Below, piece by piece: positions 60,790 to 64,000 of a stretch of DNA of 64,000 bases. How positions within the stretch are numbered: position 1 is the first letter of the stretch; each line of letters starts with the position of its first letter. A program made the position numbers and the translations under genes. The notes beneath the pieces were generated by a model, which was not told the origin of the DNA, ran no database searches, and worked only from the letters and a program-made list of their open reading frames with translations. This DNA comes from Vampirovibrionaceae bacterium NZW_1234 (GTDB lineage: Bacteria > Cyanobacteriota > Vampirovibrionia > Vampirovibrionales > JAGQHJ01), in contig JBGUGD010000031.1 of assembly GCA_041697335.1 (NCBI GenBank), positions 1-64,000 on the forward strand. The letters run 5' to 3'.

Positions 60790-61995
60790 ATGGCTTTTAT
60801 GCAACTCGACCGTCTGTTTATTACCAAGCATTCACCTCCCTTTGGCCGCCTTTTTGGGGCGGGCATCCTGGGGTTATGCCTTACAATGGTGATGATGGCC
60901 TGTGGCAAGCCTCCGGAGCCTCCATCGGTGGAGGCCGTTTTACGGCAGTCCTGGCAGTATTACCAGCAGCAGTTTATGGTCAACGGCGAACGGGTTCAGT
61001 CCAACACGTACCAGGGCACCATCAGCGAAGGGCAGTCCTACGCGCTGCTGAAGGCCGTGTGGATGAATGACCCCGAGGTGTTTGAGAAAACCTGGCAATG
61101 GACACAGCGGGAGCTGGATCGCCCCAAGGACCATCTTTTCGGCTGGCGTTGGGGAGAGCGTCCGGATCACACCTGGGGGTTGTTGTTCGAGGAAAGCGCC
61201 CCGGATGCGGATCAGGACATCGCCTATGCCCTGCTGCTGGCCGGCGAACAATGGAACAGACCGGATTATATTCAATCTGCCAGAGCGATCATCGCTGATT
61301 TCTGGCGTGTTCATGTGGTCCGGCTCGGCGGGCGCTATTACCTGACCGCAGGCGACTGGGAAGGGTTTCGGCAGCCCTACTTGACATTGAATCCCTCGTA
61401 TTTCGCACCTTACGTGTATCGGCACTTTGCCCGCTACGATGAGGATCCCGCGCATGCCTGGGCGAAGCTCGCCCAGGACAGTTATGCGACCCTTGAGGCC
61501 TGCTCCAATCTCACGCAACACAAGCTCCCCCCAAACTGGTGCAGCGTCGATTGGAAAACCCATCGGATCGGGTTTTCCGACGTCCAAGGGGAAAACGCCC
61601 GAGACTTCAGTTATGATGCCATCCGGGTTTTTTGGCGCATGGCCATGGATGCCGCTGACACAAGCGCCGATGCCAGAGGTTACCTGTCCCGGCATCACTT
61701 TTTAATGACCCTCAATCAAGGCCCGCATCAATTTCCGCCCGGCTTTGGCCCCAACGGCGAATCCCGTGGAACGGGGCCTTCGGGCTTCACCCTCAGTCCA
61801 GCCATGGCCCAATATGCTCTCCTGCACCCGGGAGATCCGGACACCTTGTATCAAAAAACCCTGGCCCCCTATTACCACCCCCGGGGCTTCTGGTTTAACG
61901 ACTACGACGACTTTCTCCACAGTGTCATCTGGCTCCACCTGTACACGCTCACCTTGAATTCTCCTGGACCTTCTGACACATCAAGACACCATTAA
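60790..61995 (+). CDS. Glycoside hydrolase family 8 lipoprotein
   Basis: SEGQSYALL, SAPDADQDIAYALL.A...W, NPSYF, FSYDAIRV.W; lipobox-like MMAC. Confidence 0.9.
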   Translation: MAFMQLDRLFITKHSPPFGRLFGAGILGLCLTMVMMACGKPPEPPSVEAVLRQSWQYYQQQFMVNGERVQSNTYQGTISEGQSYALLKAVWMNDPEVFEKTWQWTQRELDRPKDHLFGWRWGERPDHTWGLLFEESAPDADQDIAYALLLAGEQWNRPDYIQSARAIIADFWRVHVVRLGGRYYLTAGDWEGFRQPYLTLNPSYFAPYVYRHFARYDEDPAHAWAKLAQDSYATLEACSNLTQHKLPPNWCSVDWKTHRIGFSDVQGENARDFSYDAIRVFWRMAMDAADTSADARGYLSRHHFLMTLNQGPHQFPPGFGPNGESRGTGPSGFTLSPAMAQYALLHPGDPDTLYQKTLAPYYHPRGFWFNDYDDFLHSVIWLHLYTLTLNSPGPSDTSRHH

Positions 61996-62030
61996 AGCCA
62001 TTCTGGTGGATGCTCCACCAAAATGGCTTT
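61994..62030. terminator. Hairpin between convergent genes
   Basis: aaagccattctggtgga-tgc-tccaccaaaatggcttt, one mismatch. Confidence 0.65.
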
Positions 62031-62112
62031 TAACCTGGTTCTCAGCTTCGGACACTTGACACTATCGGCTGAGACAATCCCCTCTAACTCTCATAAAACT
62101 TCCTAGGACTCT

Positions 62113-62736
62113 CTAAGTGGCTTCATTGACACTGATCACCAGCTTGTTGCGCTTGATGGTCAGGTCCATATTCTTGAAAAAGTTCATCCCTAACAGGCCC
62201 GACAATTGACTGTCGTGACCCAAATCCTGCACCACGGCTTTGACTTCGTGAACTTCGATGCCGCCAATTGAAACACTGTTCAAGGTCACCATCGGAGCGG
62301 AGATCACGCCGTTGGCCGTCATAATATTCATTTTCGGGGTGTGGCTGTCCATTTTCACATGGAGTCTATGGGCCAAGTCCGGGGTAATCACCGTGTAGGT
62401 GGCACCGGTATCCACCACAAAGGTGGCGAGGAACCTATGTTCCAAGAGCATCGGAACGGCCAGCGAGCTCTTAATCTGCTCAATAAAGGGCACTTCCACC
62501 TGACGGGTGTGGTGGTCCTCCTCCGGCTTAACGGTGGCTGTGTTGGATTGAAGCTTGGCCAGGCTTTGGCGAGCCAAATCGGCAATCACGGGATTATTGG
62601 TTTCTTTAAGCAGATGATCAAAAAAGATAGCCGCTTCGCTTTTCTCGCTGGTGCCCGACTCCTTGGCAAACGAGGGTATCATGGTCACGGACATCAAGGT
62701 CAAGGCAATGGCTGCAATGGTAAACACTCGCTTCAA
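62113..62736 (-). CDS. Secreted retropepsin-like (clan AA) aspartic protease
   Basis: Signal peptide ending SFA; FVVDTGAT, TANG, GLLGMNF. Confidence 0.88.
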   Translation of the reverse strand: MKRVFTIAAIALTLMSVTMIPSFAKESGTSEKSEAAIFFDHLLKETNNPVIADLARQSLAKLQSNTATVKPEEDHHTRQVEVPFIEQIKSSLAVPMLLEHRFLATFVVDTGATYTVITPDLAHRLHVKMDSHTPKMNIMTANGVISAPMVTLNSVSIGGIEVHEVKAVVQDLGHDSQLSGLLGMNFFKNMDLTIKRNKLVISVNEAT

Positions 62737-63148
62737 TGTGATACCCTCTCTTCGGTGTGTTTCTTCTCACGTATGAAGACCATCGGCGCAGGGGTATTTA
62801 AACTTTAATATCCTAACAATATATTTAAGATTTTTTCATATTCGAACCCGGGTTCCGCCAAAGCCCCGCAATGGTGTCGTTTCGTCGAGCTACAGCAAGA
62901 TTATCCCGGCCTTCACGATTCACGGGAGCAAGATCCTTAAGGCCCCGTATTATCGATGTTTTCAGACATTGATATCAATCCAAAACAAACTTATCTATAC
63001 TGTGTAAATATATTAAGCATTCCTGCTTCTGCGCCCCCAGAAACTTGATTTTTATACCTGTTCTTCCTATTATTTTCAAACTTAATACACATTTGAAACA
63101 AAACAATAAACACGCTGCACATCCGGTGCACAGAAATTAGGTGATGCT

Positions 63149-64000
63149 ATGGCGTTGGCTCCTCGGAAAGACAGAAAACCGCGCTCGGTCTTTCTGAACA
63201 CACCCGTCACAACTGGCCCCATCATACTGGGGGACAGCGTCACGTCTGTTCCGGCCTTGCAGTATGCCTATCCGTTTTCCGTAACGTACCCAAGCCTTCA
63301 AAACTCACGCCCTGGTAGTCAGGGCTTGGGATTGGCCCTCCCCTTAAGCCTGGCCATGACGGTGGCCATCGCCACAACCCCGGTTGCTCATGCCGCCCCG
63401 GGTGAAATCAACTCCGTGAATATCGGCCAAAACGTCCAAGGCGGTGTTTATTACAACACACCTGGAAGCCAAACCACCTTCCAGGCCCCCACTACCGGTG
63501 GCAGCCTGGTGGTCTCCAGCAATACCGTGGTTCGGGGTTTGGAATCCGACATGTCGGGCACACCCACGGGCAATGGCGGCCATATGGTATTTAACGCCCC
63601 GGGCGGGGTGGTCCGCCTGGATGGCACCATCGATGCCAGCGCCATTAAATCCGGACAGTTCTACTATGGCAACGGTGGACGCGTCTCCATCAACGCCGAA
63701 TACCTGCTTCAGTCAGGCAATATCTATGCCAACGGCATTAACGGTGGTCACGTCTCTGTAAATGTGGGGGCTTTGGCCGCTGGTCCCAGTTCTAAGATTC
63801 AGGCCATGGGCTTTGGCGGAGCCGGGGGCAAAGTAGAAATTCGCTCGCAAGGCCCGGTTGTTATTCATCCGGGAGCCCTTATCGATGCCTCGGGCCGGGT
63901 CCTCCATTACGATGCCAGCGTCATCCGGATTGAGGGCGGCATCGTCAACAATGCCGGTATTATCCGGGCCAACGCCATTGCCCGAAACGACGGCAAATCC
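63149..64000 (+). CDS. Filamentous-haemagglutinin-like beta-helical exoprotein (3' truncated by window end)
   Basis: Hand translation is open to the window end: long N-region, hydrophobic stretch ending PVAHA, then G.GG.V.I / IDAS repeats (GNGGHMVF, GNGGRVSI, GAGGKVEI). Confidence 0.75.
   Translation, partial: MALAPRKDRKPRSVFLNTPVTTGPIILGDSVTSVPALQYAYPFSVTYPSLQNSRPGSQGLGLALPLSLAMTVAIATTPVAHAAPGEINSVNIGQNVQGGVYYNTPGSQTTFQAPTTGGSLVVSSNTVVRGLESDMSGTPTGNGGHMVFNAPGGVVRLDGTIDASAIKSGQFYYGNGGRVSINAEYLLQSGNIYANGINGGHVSVNVGALAAGPSSKIQAMGFGGAGGKVEIRSQGPVVIHPGALIDASGRVLHYDASVIRIEGGIVNNAGIIRANAIARNDGKS

Overview
Bacterial chromosomal window with about 55 genes and one tRNA-Val(GAC). Gene style suggests a non-photosynthetic cyanobacterial relative (Vampirovibrionia/Melainabacteria-like); this is inference only, as no marker gene is present. 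Recognisable content: dapB, selO, a signal peptidase I paralogue, nhaA, an eight-gene kynurenine/3-hydroxyanthranilate catabolic operon, topA, scoAB, citrate synthase, a CDP-alcohol/CDP-DAG/acyltransferase lipid trio, a CinA/PncC domain protein, patatin, FtsH-like protease, malate dehydrogenase, a fused M16 peptidase, ruvA, a GAF-GGDEF protein, a GH8 lipoprotein and the start of a beta-helical exoprotein. The main unexplained signal is an N-terminal leader ending in R-F-G (variants RFQG, RFS, RFT, HFG, CFG, LFG, PFQG) on about 21 unrelated proteins. These include citrate synthase, MDH, FtsH, an M16 peptidase and a CsrA-like protein, while the ordinary operon genes lack it. This suggests an undescribed targeting or processing system. 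Other points of interest: an 11-bp-phased CGCGT array upstream of the kynurenine operon, an internally duplicated CsrA-like protein, a signal peptidase with Ser at the catalytic Lys position, and a proline-free Gly-X-Y repeat protein. All family calls come from motif recognition by eye; no database searches were run.
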